From positions 62,001 to 98,991 of the forward strand of contig JAUGWO010000124.1 in NCBI GenBank assembly GCA_049724395.1: a DNA stretch of 36,991 bases, read 5' to 3'. The position numbers and the translations under genes are program-made. This stretch comes from Spongospora subterranea f. sp. subterranea (Eukaryota). Positions 1-12,927 of this stretch are shown here, one piece after another (within the stretch, counting starts at the first letter, position 1; every line of letters starts with the position of its first letter). The notes below the pieces were generated by a model. The model had not been told where the DNA came from. It made no database searches and saw only the letters and a list, made by a program, of their open reading frames with translations.

Positions 1-275
1 GCGTCGTCTTACGCCACCATGCTATTACGAGAGATATTGAAATGTGATCCCAGAGAATGGCATCAGGATGAGAGTGTATGTGATGTCCAGCAAGATTCTG
101 TGTCGGACGATATCTCGGCTCTCACAGAGATGCAATAAACCAGATATTATTATTGTCACCTTGAATTCGTCTGGAATCAAAACAAGTAATCAAATATTGT
201 TAGATTTATTTGAAAATTATTCATAAGAAACAACCTCAATATGATGATATGGCGACAATTGAAACAGGAATTTGA

Positions 276-1981
276 TCACTTTTGTTGCAGTATAAACGTC
301 GGTATCGCAGATCCAATATTATCTGCTCCATTATCACTCATCGTCTCATAATCCATTGTTGGAAAACGATCCTCTGCGCCATCCTTTTGCATGGCATCTT
401 TGGTAAACCCACTAGCATAGAATTTTAGTTTGTAGACCCATCAGGCAGTTAGGTCTTCTTACGCTGGTCCTTGAGTTGGTACAACAATAGCTCTCATCCT
501 CAATATAGACGCCACGTTTTGCACCCACCCTCCAAACGATAAAGACATCGACAACAGTCTGCAGTCAAAAATATATTCACTGAATGCTAAAAGAACAAGA
601 AAAAAAAAAGTCAAAGACCTTGGATTACTCCTCCAGGAGACTGTTCCAATTATGACGATCAGGACAACATCGAGAACCAAGACAGACGCGCACTGCTGCA
701 GACGCAAACAGACTTGCTTCATAATCCATGATCTGTTAGGATCTTGATCTTGAAATTTCCGATAGGTCAGGGAGAATCTTAAGACAGAGATACAAAATAT
801 AACAATGGTCCCTATAGCCGACCGTTATCAAAATAAAATGGATACGCGTTCTTGAGTACCCAAAAACATGGCCACCCAGATTATACCGATCCACTGTAGC
901 TTCCACTGATTATCCCCTGACGATCGGGGCCCAATATTGTATACATAGTGAAGAACAAAAAAAACAATACAAAAACTCAACATGGAAGCTTTGATGAAGA
1001 CTGGCATTGGAGTCGCATACAGATCACGCAATGCAAAACCTGAGCACGTTTTACAGATCAATAAGCCATGAATGAGATGAAATAAGAGGTTGGATTACTT
1101 ATCGTAAGATTGGTCATAATGTGGATGATTACGACCAGGTTGACAAGCAAGATAAAGTTGGTGTAATCATAACCCGCCCCTAATCCTGTGAACGCAAACC
1201 CAATCCCAATTGCACTTTAGGGTGGCAGTGCGTCAGGCTATAACCTCACATGGATGTTTATGCAAACACACCTTCGCATACCGTTCTCTGCACTCTCCGA
1301 TATCACCAAAGTCAAATGGATTATTGGAACAGACTTCCAATCACCTACATCGGCCAACTTTTCTCGAAATTTGAATAAATTCCATATTCCGATGCACGCA
1401 GCTGCTGCACCTATAGAGCATGAATTGAAAATTAAACCCACTGCAGCAAATGGACGAAGAAATCAAGCCGTACCCGGCATGGACCATGCCCAAATAAACT
1501 CTCGACTTGTTGAATAGACAACCCATTCATTGGGTTCATCAGACTTGATAGACGCGTTCAATACGTGCGAGGAGGTAAGCAGCCTATGAATATGGGCACC
1601 ATCTTCGTCGGATACTTCAACCATATGCACTTGAGTATCTTGACGAGATATCACGAAACCGGGCGTCTTATATGCAGTATGGAGAATGAGGCCTGCACAG
1701 CCCCATTGCAAGCACACCCGATTCCAATCTTGAATAGTGCATGGGGAAACCGTGGTTATTAGAACAATACGGGAGTGGGTGTTATTGTCGAAATGGCATG
1801 AATCCCATCCACCGGCTGGCATTACCACTAACGTATTCAGGATTTCATATGGAGCAGGTTCAGGTGCGGACGGCGATTCGAACACCAGAGTTTCTGACGC
1901 ATTGCTATCGAGAATGGTCAACGCACACGACGTTGAAGCGGCGACTATCAGGCATGCAATGATCCCATACACTAACACCAT
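276..1981 (-). CDS. Multi-exon membrane protein: signal peptide, PA (protease-associated)-like ectodomain and about 7 TM helices (GPCR-like topology)
   Basis: ATG at 1981 gives MVLVYGIIACLIVAASTSCA (signal-like). RIVLITTVSPCTIQDWNRVCLQWGCAGLILH...MVEVSDEDGAHIHRLL resembles a PA domain. The hydrophobic ORFs 1238-1441, 828-1061 and 459-722 join through GT-AG introns. The last exon reads AGFTKD...FILQQK* with the stop at 276-278. Confidence 0.6.
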
Positions 1982-2501
1982 AAGTGAGCAATTCCGATCC
2001 ACCGTGAGCAGATGGGATTCGTGGTCAGCTAGCGTGGCTGCATATAATCGCCCTTAATGTAATCGGTTTGACCTTCACACCGCTACTGCTCCTTTGCTGA
2101 TCTTTATTAATAACCCGATTAGTCTCGATCATCAGTAACTGGTCGATATCTCCTCTATCTAATCCGCTATTAACTATCGTCACACCCAGAACTCGTTACC
2201 AATGTACATTCAGACCGTGTCGTGCCCTGTGCCCTGTGCAGCCAGTCACACTGGTGCAGCACTGGTTGACGGGGCCCACACTGACTGTGTGTCGCGTCAC
2301 TGGATTGGAGGCGCCGGATTGGCCGATGGCGGACATGCCCTGGCAGTGGCGCGTTGTTGACCAGCGCAATTACAGTCAAATAACAATAAAGGCCCTATAC
2401 AGCTCACGGCCAGAGGAGGGTCATTGACCTGGTCTCCTTGAACCCCGAAGGGGCTGGCTTGGGGCCGTACTTTACCAGAATCTGACGCCATTTGCCCAAC
2501 C

Positions 2502-3373
2502 ATGGTCGCAACCGTGGATTGCCCCGCTTTCTGCTTCGGTAGATCTTAGCTTGACTTAAGATTATCATGCATCGCTGCTTTATATGAAATATTTCAGATG
2601 CGCTTATCAGTCATTTCAATAGTGGCCCGCCTGTAAATTCGGTCCGCTGCGTTCCTTCGGGCCAATAGTAGGCGCTGTCGCTTTAGTTCAAACACTCGAA
2701 TTTATATATACTGCAGTCCTCTGTTTGTAACTTGGAAGAAACAAACTTCACCATCTGGCGAAACATATAGTTTGAGAGGTTGTATTGGAACATTTTCACC
2801 TATAGAATTGAAGGTTCGCTGAATATCGAGCGACATAGTTCTATCGTAGATCTGACTATGGGTTTCCAGGACGGATTGTCACGATACGCTTTGGTTAGTG
2901 CTTTGAACGATTCCAGGTTTCTTCCGGTTTCGTTCGAGGAAATACCTTTACTTCACTGTGGCATATCTGTATTAACGGAGTTTGAGGGCACTTCTAATTT
3001 CTATGATTGGGAGGTACGGCAACATGTTTGACAGGCAATTGAATCTCATATCATGGTTTAGGTTGGGGTTCATGGAATATCAATTGCATTTCGCGACCCC
3101 AACACAAATAACGTTCGGTCCGCAACATATTTGCCTGAGGTGTGCAAGGAACAAGGTTTCTGATATCGTTTCGAAAAAAAAGTTGAATCGTAAAAAAAGA
3201 TAGGTTGGAATCACCAAGAATGTCTGGGGGCGCTAGTTCGCAAAGCAGGATACCAAGGAATCGTCAACGAGAAATTTCTCCAAAACATCAGTATAACGAG
3301 ATATCAATCATCCACCGCATCGTTAACCTTTTCAGAGTACCAATCCACTCTTAAAAGCACTGACCACCGTTGA
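2502..3373 (+). CDS. AMMECR1: AMMECR1-domain protein (multi-exon)
   Basis: Spliced translation MVATVDCPAFCFD...PLFVTWKK...SLRGCIGTFSP...YALVSALNDSRF...SATYLPEV...LVRKAGY...TRYQS contains the LRGCIG family signature. Introns are short GT-AG; TGA at 3371-3373. Confidence 0.92.
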
Positions 3374-3507
3374 TTGCCGTACGTCAATAAGTTATTTCAA
3401 ATGTTATTGTCTATTAATTGATAGTTTCATGATTACAAACGATATTATTCGGTCTGGGTCAAAAGAACGCAAGTAAGCTTATAAATATACACAATGTCAA
3501 GAAACGT

Positions 3508-6500
3508 CTACACACAACAGATCATCGTAGCGCAGATCCCTATGATGGCAGAGAAAAATCCAGAATCGCTGCTGTCGAATCGCAGTAGCGATAAGACCTC
3601 GCTTCCAGTACCGAATTGACAGGTAGTATGATCAGGGCAGCTGAAAGTCATGGATCGGAATTCCTGAGCGGCCTGTGCCCGGGCGACATATCGAATCATG
3701 GAGATACGATTTATCACGTCGAGGAACTCTGGCATGTTTATACTGGTTGCAAAAGTATTGAAAAAACATGTGGCAACATTTTGAAATTGTCGTTACCTAA
3801 GGAAACCGGCCATGATACACATGATACTAATAAAGGAGCTCATGATTTGAACAGAAAATCCAGGCTCTGAAATCTGAAATGAAACAAGTTTAGCACGCCA
3901 AGAATGGGACAGTAAAAGTATGCTCACCAAAGAACAAAATGCAATTCCGATACTTTCCCCGGCATTCACTAAAGCGAATGCGACAAATGCATTTAGGGTA
4001 AAGCTGATCTCAAGTCCAATCATGAAATTTGAAATGCTGGCCCACAATAAGCATCCCACAATTTCTGGTAGGCGTTATAAGTGTTGGAAGAGTTTCATAC
4101 CAGTCGAATACCGAATGGGATTTCAATTGCTGTGTAAGTGAGAAAAAACGTGCCAATTGAATAATCCTGAGACTCGAACCGGAACAATTTGAGTTCTTGC
4201 GGAAAAATAGATATGCAGTTAAGCATGCCAATGAAAACCAACGAGCCGGTTTGTTGCTATACATCAGCAAAGGTTATGTCACAGCAAAACGATAAACCCG
4301 GCACATACAAGTAAACCAATTCGGTTGGTGGCCGACGCCTGGTCGTGGCCCAATGGGGTAAAATATGCAGCGAGAACGAGACCCAAAGTTACCATTTGCA
4401 TTAGACGCGCGAATATGACCTCAACTTGTCGAGAAATATTACGTAAAGAGCGAGACAGCAGCAACGGCATCGCCAAAAGCGAAGACATTGACTTTTTATG
4501 AAGTCGCTGTAGATTGCCGCTCCCAGCGAAAACTGAAAGAGTGTTGGGCGTGGTGATCACCGCCCATGCATTAACCAGTGAAACCACTCGAGACGACGAG
4601 GCGTCTTCGCTATCCTTGTTCCTCAAGTCAATTGATGCCAGATCAATTGCAAAATCGGCTGGGTTTGTCAATTGTGGCATTGGGAACCCCATATTTGTGA
4701 AGTGACCAATCATCTCTGGAATTGTTCCAAAGAAGACAACCAGCCCTCCATGAGCCAATAATAGTACATAGTCAAAAAAAGGGACAATATCGGATCGCGG
4801 TTGATGAATAGTGCAAACAACGGTTCTTCCTGATAATGCTATAGCCTTCAAACTCATAATCATGCTTTTGGCGGTAGCAGCATCAAGTCCCTAAGAAAGT
4901 CAACGTTGAGCTGATGATAAAAGCCATCATACGGTAGCGGCTCATTTTTACTGAGGTCGGTTCGTCAAGCAATAACACAGCTGGGTCAGTAAGCATAGCC
5001 AGGCCTACAGACACCCTTCTTTTCTCACCACCAGATAGACCCTGAGAGATCCCATATTACACCATTGAAGAGGAGAGTACTGTTTAGATTATACCTTGCA
5101 TTTAGGCCCTCCAACAGCTGTGTTAGCACATTCGCTAAGCTGCAATTCAGTGATGACCGCTTCTGCTTTGGCCACCCGTTCTTTTTTTTGCAAATGCGGC
5201 AACCGGAGCATCGCGGCGTAGTACAAGGTCTCTCTCGCCGTCAGAGCAGGCAATAAGTGTGAATCTTCTTGCCTAACCGAGGCAGTAACTTTTTCAACTT
5301 GGTTGGCAGATAGCATAACGCCATTGTGCAAAATGCGCCCGGCACTATCCCAGGTTATTGATGAATTAACTCGCGGCTGCTTGCAATGAAGCAACTGCAG
5401 AAAAGTGGACTTTCCGCAGCCAGAAGCACCCATAATGGCGGTTAACTTTCCAGGGGAAAACCGCGCATTGATAGATTGCAAAACGGGTATCACCACAGTG
5501 CTTCTCGAGAACATTTGTCTGCGATGAAGAGTATATGAGAGATTATCGACCTCTACAGTGACGGCAGGAACAGTATTGATCGGTGCTATTTGGGCCGGCG
5601 GTTCTATCTGAAACCCGTTAGCGGCAAACGAGCTTTCGTACTTGTTGGAGTGACTCCCGCGACCTTTCGGAAACAATTGTAAAATCAATGCTGCGATAAT
5701 CATCATGCTGAAAAATAAGACAACGAGCATGAAAAACGGAAAGATAATATTCGCAACAAATCCTAATTGGAGTAACATTGCGTTGCCAGAGCACCCCGGC
5801 GAACCCGGGGGAATGCTGGGACAATTGTACTCATTGCCATCGAATTCATTAGATGCAAAAATCTGGAGACAATAACTGACGTAGCCGATGTGCTGGATCC
5901 ATTTCAGGTACACAGGGATTGCATTGATCGGAATAAAAAAACCCGATGACAAAGAGATAAAGGTGAATATTCCGTCTGAGGAAACAAAATCAGGGTTGTT
6001 TTCGGGAATTGACTGTCAACTCACTTGCTATTAGAGACGACAACGCGAAATCACGGCTGATCGATACGCAGAGGAAGGCAAAAGAAATCCTGAACAAAAC
6101 ATTTGAGAAGTTATTATGTCGATGATGAAAACCCAATTCGCGTACGTCACAAGCTGCAACATCAGAATACACAAGCAGAATATACTGAAGTGAAATATTA
6201 AGTGGTCGGAACGGAACCCAACCATTGGATAAACAATGAGCGAGAAACAAACCGCCAAAACGAAGTACAGGACCGTATTGACAAGGAACCATGAACAAAG
6301 ATAAGCAAAGACGGAGTACATTCTGTCCATCCGTTCACGATCGAAAACGATCATTCTGTCCACGGAATGGAGAAATAAGGGTCCGACAGAGCAAATCCAT
6401 TTCAAAGACGTTTACTCGTTACAAAGCTTCCAAATGATGAACATCAACGAGAGGTATGATTGCAAGGAGCTTATGATATACAAAGCAGACTTCCGTGCAA

Positions 6501-7937
6501 GCAAACCAGCCTGAAATTGATTCGTCAGATAAAAGTACTTTGATGAAATTAGCTTACGGGAGACTCGTCGAGTTGAAAGAAAATAAGGCCAATTGCCAAA
6601 CTTAGGAAGAGCATTTGGGCGAACGTCCCCAAAACTGTTAATCGATCAGAAATCATATTGACGAAGAACCTGCCAGAAAGCACACGAATTTGGCAGAGAG
6701 CCTTAACGCCATCAGGATAAGATGCGTTTAAACCAGAAGCATCGAAATCGGATTTGGTGAATGTTGAGGTATGACTTTCCGAGTGCCAAGCGTCGATTAA
6801 CTTGGCAACACGAGCGCGACTTGTCAGCAATGTATCTTCCGCGCGGAGATCAACTGTGGATATATCGATCAAGAAATCGGCACCGTTAACGCCATCCGGA
6901 ACATGGCACCCGAGAATGTTGAAATAGGAAAACACAGTTTCGCGACTTCCTGCATAAACCAGTCTGCCTTTTGCTAAAAGAACAACTTGGTTGAAAAGAC
7001 TGAAAATATCAGAACGCGGCTGATGGATCGAAACAATTATCGTTCGGCCCCGTTTGCAAAGCGAGACCAACGTTTCAACAAGGGATTTCGCAGAAAATGC
7101 ATCTAGACCAGTGGTAGGTTCATCCATAAATATCACCGAAGGATTTACCAGAAGTTGAGTAGCGACACTGAGTTTGAAAAGTAAACACGCAGATGAGAAA
7201 CCCATGTCGCTAAGATTACCTAACACGTCGCTTTTCTCCTCCAGATATACCTTTTTTCCATTCATCTCCAATCATCGTAGTTGAACAATCTTTGAGACCC
7301 AGTTCCAGTATCACCTTCTCGACCAGATCGTTTCGGTCAGCGGTCGAGAGAGACTGTGGTAGTCGGAGCCGGGCTGCATATCTGAGGGTGTCTCGAACCG
7401 ATAAATACGGTAGCAACCTGGATGGGTAATCAAGCGGATTAATGTGCGATTCGCGAAATCTTTCTGGGAAAGGCATCGTACGTATCTTGCTGATGCACGT
7501 ATCCCATTGATCGTTGTCGAATCTCTTCTGAAAGCCGCTTCCCGTTGAAAAAAACATCGCCTGAGATTTTCAACCCAGCGGTCCGACCAGCCATCACGTT
7601 AAGCAGGGTCGTTTTACCGCTTCCTGATCCACCCTAAAAAAGAACGACACTGAATTAAGAACTTGATTATGATCAGATATTCCAAGCAATGGCTCGAATC
7701 GCTGACCATGATGGCCAATAATGAGCCAGAAGGAATATGCACATTGATCTTTTCAAGAAGGGTGGATTTCCCAGGCGTCCGAACGGTCGCCACATTAACC
7801 CCAATCGTGATCGGTGGCACTTTCCCGAACGATAACGGGTCCCGCATTTGCAGGTCGACGGCGCCAGCAGAGGAGATGGGCATCATCTGTATGGACCCAT
7901 CCCAGGAACCAGCGCGTCCATTATTGTTCATCGCCAT
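3508..7937 (-). CDS. Full-size ABCG-family transporter, (NBD-TMD)x2, multi-exon
   Basis: NBD1: [36 protein letters not shown]2: [28 protein letters not shown]. Each NBD is followed by an ABC2-type membrane domain. The introns I checked restore the frame. Start codon uncertain. Confidence 0.92.
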
Positions 7938-8286
7938 CCTGCACTACTGTTTGTTCTTTGTGTCTATCCGGTCTGGTGATGGCGTGGCCCCCTCGCCCCT
8001 CGTCCCTCGTCAGTCTGGAGTACACTCTGCCACGGACACCCCAGTCTGACCAGGGGTTATGAGCGAGTATCATCGGTTCACTGGTCAATGAAGATAGCGC
8101 CATCGTCTCAACAATCACTTAGGGGAAAGTAGAGCAATAATTGCACGGTTCTGGTCCTGATGTGATAAAACCGAATCCTGAAATGACGCTTGTGTGAGTC
8201 GTACGAGGTTGATCAGAGAAGTGGCGTGATGACTGATGACATAATCGATCAAGAACAACAGAACAAAAAGAGCTGTTTATGGACTG

Positions 8287-8810
8287 TTAGCTGGATGTGA
8301 GACTGTGTTGAAAATTACAAACATGAATTTCCTGATTATCATTAGCGCAGCGTGATTATTGTACCGTAAGAGATTTATGGCTGGAAATTTTGTCGTCTAA
8401 CAAGCTAATTGGCCAATCGATAGTTTGGTCCACGTTTATAGATAATGAACGTTTAAAACACCCTTAAAGTATTGAGGTTGAACACAACCCATACACAATC
8501 CTTCCCCTACAGAAATCATCATGGTCTCCAGCCTCATGTGATCGTCTCCCTGGCTATTGGAAATCGCCTTGACTACTGGGTGAACCTGGTCTGTCCACAA
8601 TGTTCCACAGAAACTTGACCAATATCATAATATTCCGACCACACTTCTCGCTGTGTTAGCTTCAGTTCATTCAGTTTGTATTCTTTGTCCACTCCCAATC
8701 CCAGATTTTAATAATTCCATGGGGTGCATTTTCCTTCAATAACATCTCTAGTTATGAGGACGTCGGTTGAATCCATTACAATGCGACCTCTCGAGACCGA
8801 CCAGTCTATG
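8287..8810 (-). pseudogene. Possible degenerate spliced gene of unknown function
   Basis: GT-AG splicing gives ...IEGKCTPWNY*NLGLGVDKEYKLNELKLTQREVWSEYYDIGQ|PGRRSHEAGDHDDF|WCFKRSLSINVDQTIDWPISLLDDKISSHKSLT|EIHVCNFQHSLTSS*, with an in-frame TAA at about 8708-8710. No family recognised. Confidence 0.3.
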
Positions 8811-9201
8811 AGGCACCATCAAGGATGGAAAGGCCATGTCTTCAATAAAGTCCTTTGACGCGCTGGAAATGGTAATACTATCAAAAATATGATATGCCAG
8901 TGAAAACCGTGTCAAGTCAACGAGTAATTTTTGTGTACGAGTTGCCAATACCCGCTCAGATAAACTGGATCTGGTCCAAGATTACGGTGAAAAGAGCGTC
9001 TTAATGTCGAACAGTAAACCCCTGATGCAACTAATCATTGCTGAATGAGCAGCATCCTTTCTTCCAATTAATCTGCAGACCTGATGACATCGGGCGATAA
9101 TCTGTTGCAGGGTTTCCGACCGATACTGCAGTTCATGTCGGTCTCGGTCTCCCCGTCACAAACCGAGGTCCATAGTTTATCATTATCATTCTACGTTGGC
9201 G

Positions 9202-9852
9202 ATGATGAAGCGTTGGGCGAAGGGGAATGCCCCGTTCGATCCTATGGAGCTGGATCTCAACTCGATAATCAGGAGAAGACTCGACACAAAGGTGGTTCTG
9301 GTTCGCGTCCTGATCCTGGTCGTGGCGATCGTCGTTGGAATATTGATTTTCGACTACTACACGACAGAGAATGCTCATTTAGTCAAGTTCATATCGTCCT
9401 ACTGGTCTGACAACGACGACGAGAATGTCGAAACCGTTTTCGACAATGAAGGTGCATTGCTTTTCGCCGCTCTCCATTCAAATTTTCGCTAATCAGGTCA
9501 ATCAGGACACTTGAAGCGGCAAGTTATCTTTCAAGTTCCAAAACGATTCGATTCTGAATCCGACCGGGAATGGAAGAAGAAATTCTGGCAAGAGCAAGCG
9601 CAAGGAAAATCGTAATCATCATAAACAACATGCCACTAGACCACTGACCGACAGATTTCGAGTTGAAAAAATCATCCGTCCAATTCTTCGTGAAAGTGCA
9701 CATCTGGTGAGTGGGCTAATGCAGTCAACTAAAACGAGCAGAGAGAGGTCGACCGGCTGCGGCAGAATGATGCATTGACAAAAAATCTCGTTGACCACTC
9801 ACATCGCCGCTTGAGGAAATCTAAACAAACGGTTCTTGAGCTCGCCAAATGA
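9202..9852 (+). CDS. Small single-pass (type II-like) membrane protein with a charged, helical C-terminus; unknown function
   Basis: TM segment VVLVRVLILVVAIVVGILIF. Two short GT-AG introns (about 9452-9506 and 9612-9654) give an open frame ending ...KQTVLELAK* with TGA at 9850-9852. Confidence 0.6.
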
Positions 9853-10509
9853 CGTGTTTGCGAATGGTTGGAAAAGTTACGACGTGCAAGAACAGGTAAG
9901 GACAATAGATAGCTTGCGATAATCAAAACTGCCAAGAATAGAAGCCGAAATTGCATTGATGGATCGGCGGCTTTGTTGTCGCCAGAGTCGCCGAAACAAT
10001 TTACTTGATTATTCGTGCAGGTTTTTTTTTTCGCTTCAAACTAATCTGGACACCTATGAGGGATCGTTGAGCGCCGAACACGCTTATAAACCCTGAATTT
10101 CCGTTCAACCAGAGCGCCGTGTGCGTTTCCGACCGTAAATTGAACATCATTCCAGGTCCAAAAATATCTCTTCATCACTGACCTTTGGCCAACTGTGAAA
10201 CAGGATTGATGTTGTAATAAAGTTGCTGACTATTTTTGTCCTGAAGACAACAACTCTGACCCAAAAGGAGAAGTTTCAAAAGTCATTGGGTGACTTCGAT
10301 TTGGTACTGAGTGTATGTCGGTTAGGTTCAAATTCATAAATAGTTAATTTATTAGAGAAATTGCAGTCAATCAGTGGGGAAAAACCCCTTCATCCAACAG
10401 GTTCGTCCAGCTCATCTACTTCTCTCAAAACATAGACATTCAGCCAAACATGAACCCTGCAGGTCAACTGACAACCGCTAGGAAGGAAGGCAGATAAACA
10501 CGTCCCGTA

Positions 10510-12927
10510 TCATGTCTGATTGGGGGAGACGCACGAAATCAGGAACTTGATGGCGAGATCGGTATTAGTTTGGGCTGACCACATCCACCACGTAATGGGA
10601 ACGACATTCCATCCCGCTCTGGAAAGATGCCTTCGCCGGAGAACCGTATGGCCGAAAGGTTGATGGCATAATCGTCCATATGAACTCTGGTCTTCTAGCA
10701 GAATGGCGATCTTCCTTTCAGGCAAGGTCACGTCTAGATGATACCCAGAGAGAGGGCATCGGCTTGCCATGACACGATATTGCAGAAATTCTAACAGCGA
10801 CACGATTTCTTGCCTCCATTCGGCTTGAATAGGAAATAAACCGCATTGTTTGTCGTCATTGGTGTTCAGGATATGCTTGAGCTGGTGAACTCTATCACGG
10901 CGAACATTTTGCAAAAGAACTTCGTCAGATGCAGATATATCATTACGCAAGGAATAACTCGCTAATATTGGAGCAACATTATGCCAGAATGGTTGAAGAC
11001 CAGCGGGGTGAATAGTGGCAGGACAGGCCACACAAACGGCCCAGGCGACCTTGATGAGCTGCTCAGAAGTGCATTGCTCTGGGTGGACCAGATTGGCAAA
11101 ATGTAAAGCCGTGATTTCATCAAGAGATGATAAAGTCGCTAGATGGAACATGATCTCGGATATGTGACGAAGCGATAATGTAGCAGAAATATCGCATAAA
11201 CGGCGGTTTACTTTACTGAGCCATTTGGCATGGTCCATACCGGCGATGGCGAAACTTTGCACAGCGCTGATGAGCGAATCAACGGGAAATCCTTTGATTT
11301 TAGCAGCGCAGCATACCGCTGATAAAGAAAATACTGTTTCATCAAATATCGCCGCTCGGGAAAGACCGACGAGTAGATCAGCTAAAGCGATTGGTACAAA
11401 TTGATTTATCAGGTCCGAGCCTTCGGCATGAAGTCTTGAAACACATTCTGCAAGGAGCGGGCGTGCACCCTGGGAGATATCAACGCTTTTCCATGTCCCT
11501 ACCGATCGACATAGCATGGCTAAATCATTTGGCGAGAGCTCTATTACATAGGGCTGTATCTGCTGAATCAGGTCATCGATAAGTTTGTGGCGGCGATGAT
11601 CCCCGTCCCCGATAGATTGTCGACAATAGTGAACGCTGATAGAGTTGTGATGATTTCATTGCTGGTAAGGACGGGGAAAAACGGCGGGACGAACAGCACA
11701 GCCGCTTCAAAAAAGGTCAAACAATCTGCCGGGCACGTCTTGGCAATGCTCCAAATCACACTACATAACTCCTTTGCAGTAAATTTAGAGAAACATTGAA
11801 CGGAAGCATCGGCAATGCTCTGTAAAGATGAATGGGAGGGTTGTTGAGAATTAGCGATCCCCCAAGCAGCTCGACTAAGGTCTTTCGGCCTGAAACTTGA
11901 CCAGCGCCCCAACGGCAGTGCACCCAACGCCTGGAAAAACCCAGCGTGATAGAAATCGACCTTGGAAAACGACCATATCATAGTAGCTAAACAGCCGTTG
12001 GATCTACAGACTGGCACTAGTTGTTGAGCGTGATTGCCAGCTCGCTGCAGAAGGTCTTCCATAGGTTGAAATCCCAATTCTTTTGGGCTCATCTTGGCGT
12101 ATGCCCATAGGAGACTGGAAAGCGAATGCGGTGAGCATACGAATATCTTAGGCTGCAGAAACCTCGCCAGATAATTGATCAATTGACAGGATTCGGCGTA
12201 ACGCCCGAGTTTTTCGCCGATTTCTGCATAGGCCCACATTAGATCTGTGATGCTTTGCGTGCAGCATGATATGTAGAAATTAGGATCGGAAAATGCGATC
12301 AGGGAGTCGATTTTGTATGGCAATAAGCAATTCTGGCGCCAATTCGCAATGGATCATGCGAGTTCGAACGAATGCCCAAACAATGTGCGCCATTGTAGCA
12401 ATTGACATGCGATCGACCTCACCAATGAGTCCACGGGAAAGTGTGTCGAAAAGACTTTGATCTTGGTAGAGAACTCGGCCGCATGCCACAGCCAATGTCG
12501 TCATTTTCCTCAAAGAGAGCTTCTCTTTGCAAACTTCGGAATGAACTTTCAAAGAAATAGTCCTGAATAAGTCGGCATGATAATAACGGCTACGACCGAA
12601 TGCATCGGCGAGGTCAATCAGCACCGTCGACGATGTTTGACAGATGTCTATTGCTAATGAGCGCAAACCAACTGTTTCCAAAAGCGTTCGATTTGCCTTG
12701 TTCATCTTAGCGAGAGCGTGAACTGCTTTGGATAATGATGATGTGTCTAAACAGTTCACCTGGGTCAACAGTTTTCTTTGCAAATTGTCCCACATAAAAG
12801 GCGATAGTGATGCAGGATCCTTCCTCCCGGATAAAATAGCGGTCACAATCTCGGGCTCGGTCCGTCCATGCTGCGCTGAAACTGATAAAAACCGGAACAA
12901 GTATGCCGCCTTTCTGACGATAGTCAT
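10510..12927 (-). CDS. Helical-repeat (OPR/HPR/FASTK-like) RNA-binding protein with a C-terminal RAP domain; two frameshifts in this sequence
   Basis: Repeated motifs LSSLLWAYAKM, LATMIWSFSKV, FRPKDLSRAAWGIA and FTAKELCSVIWSIAK. C-terminal YHLDVTLPERKIAILLED...TVLRRRHLSRAGWNVVPITWW matches the RAP domain pattern. The N-terminus MTIVRKAAYLFRFLS resembles a mitochondrial presequence. Confidence 0.8.

Noticed and set aside
44..226. 60-aa ORF at the window start
   Set aside because: It has a GTG start and no recognisable motifs, so I cannot support a gene call.
2419..2428. ggtcattgac shared upstream of AMMECR1 and the ankyrin gene (36088)
   Set aside because: A repeated 10-mer is expected by chance in 37 kb.
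10000..10200. Box C-like GTGATGA and an RNase P CR-I-like GGAAATTCAG on the minus strand
   Set aside because: I found no matching D box with terminal stem and no P4 partner. An Infernal scan would be needed.
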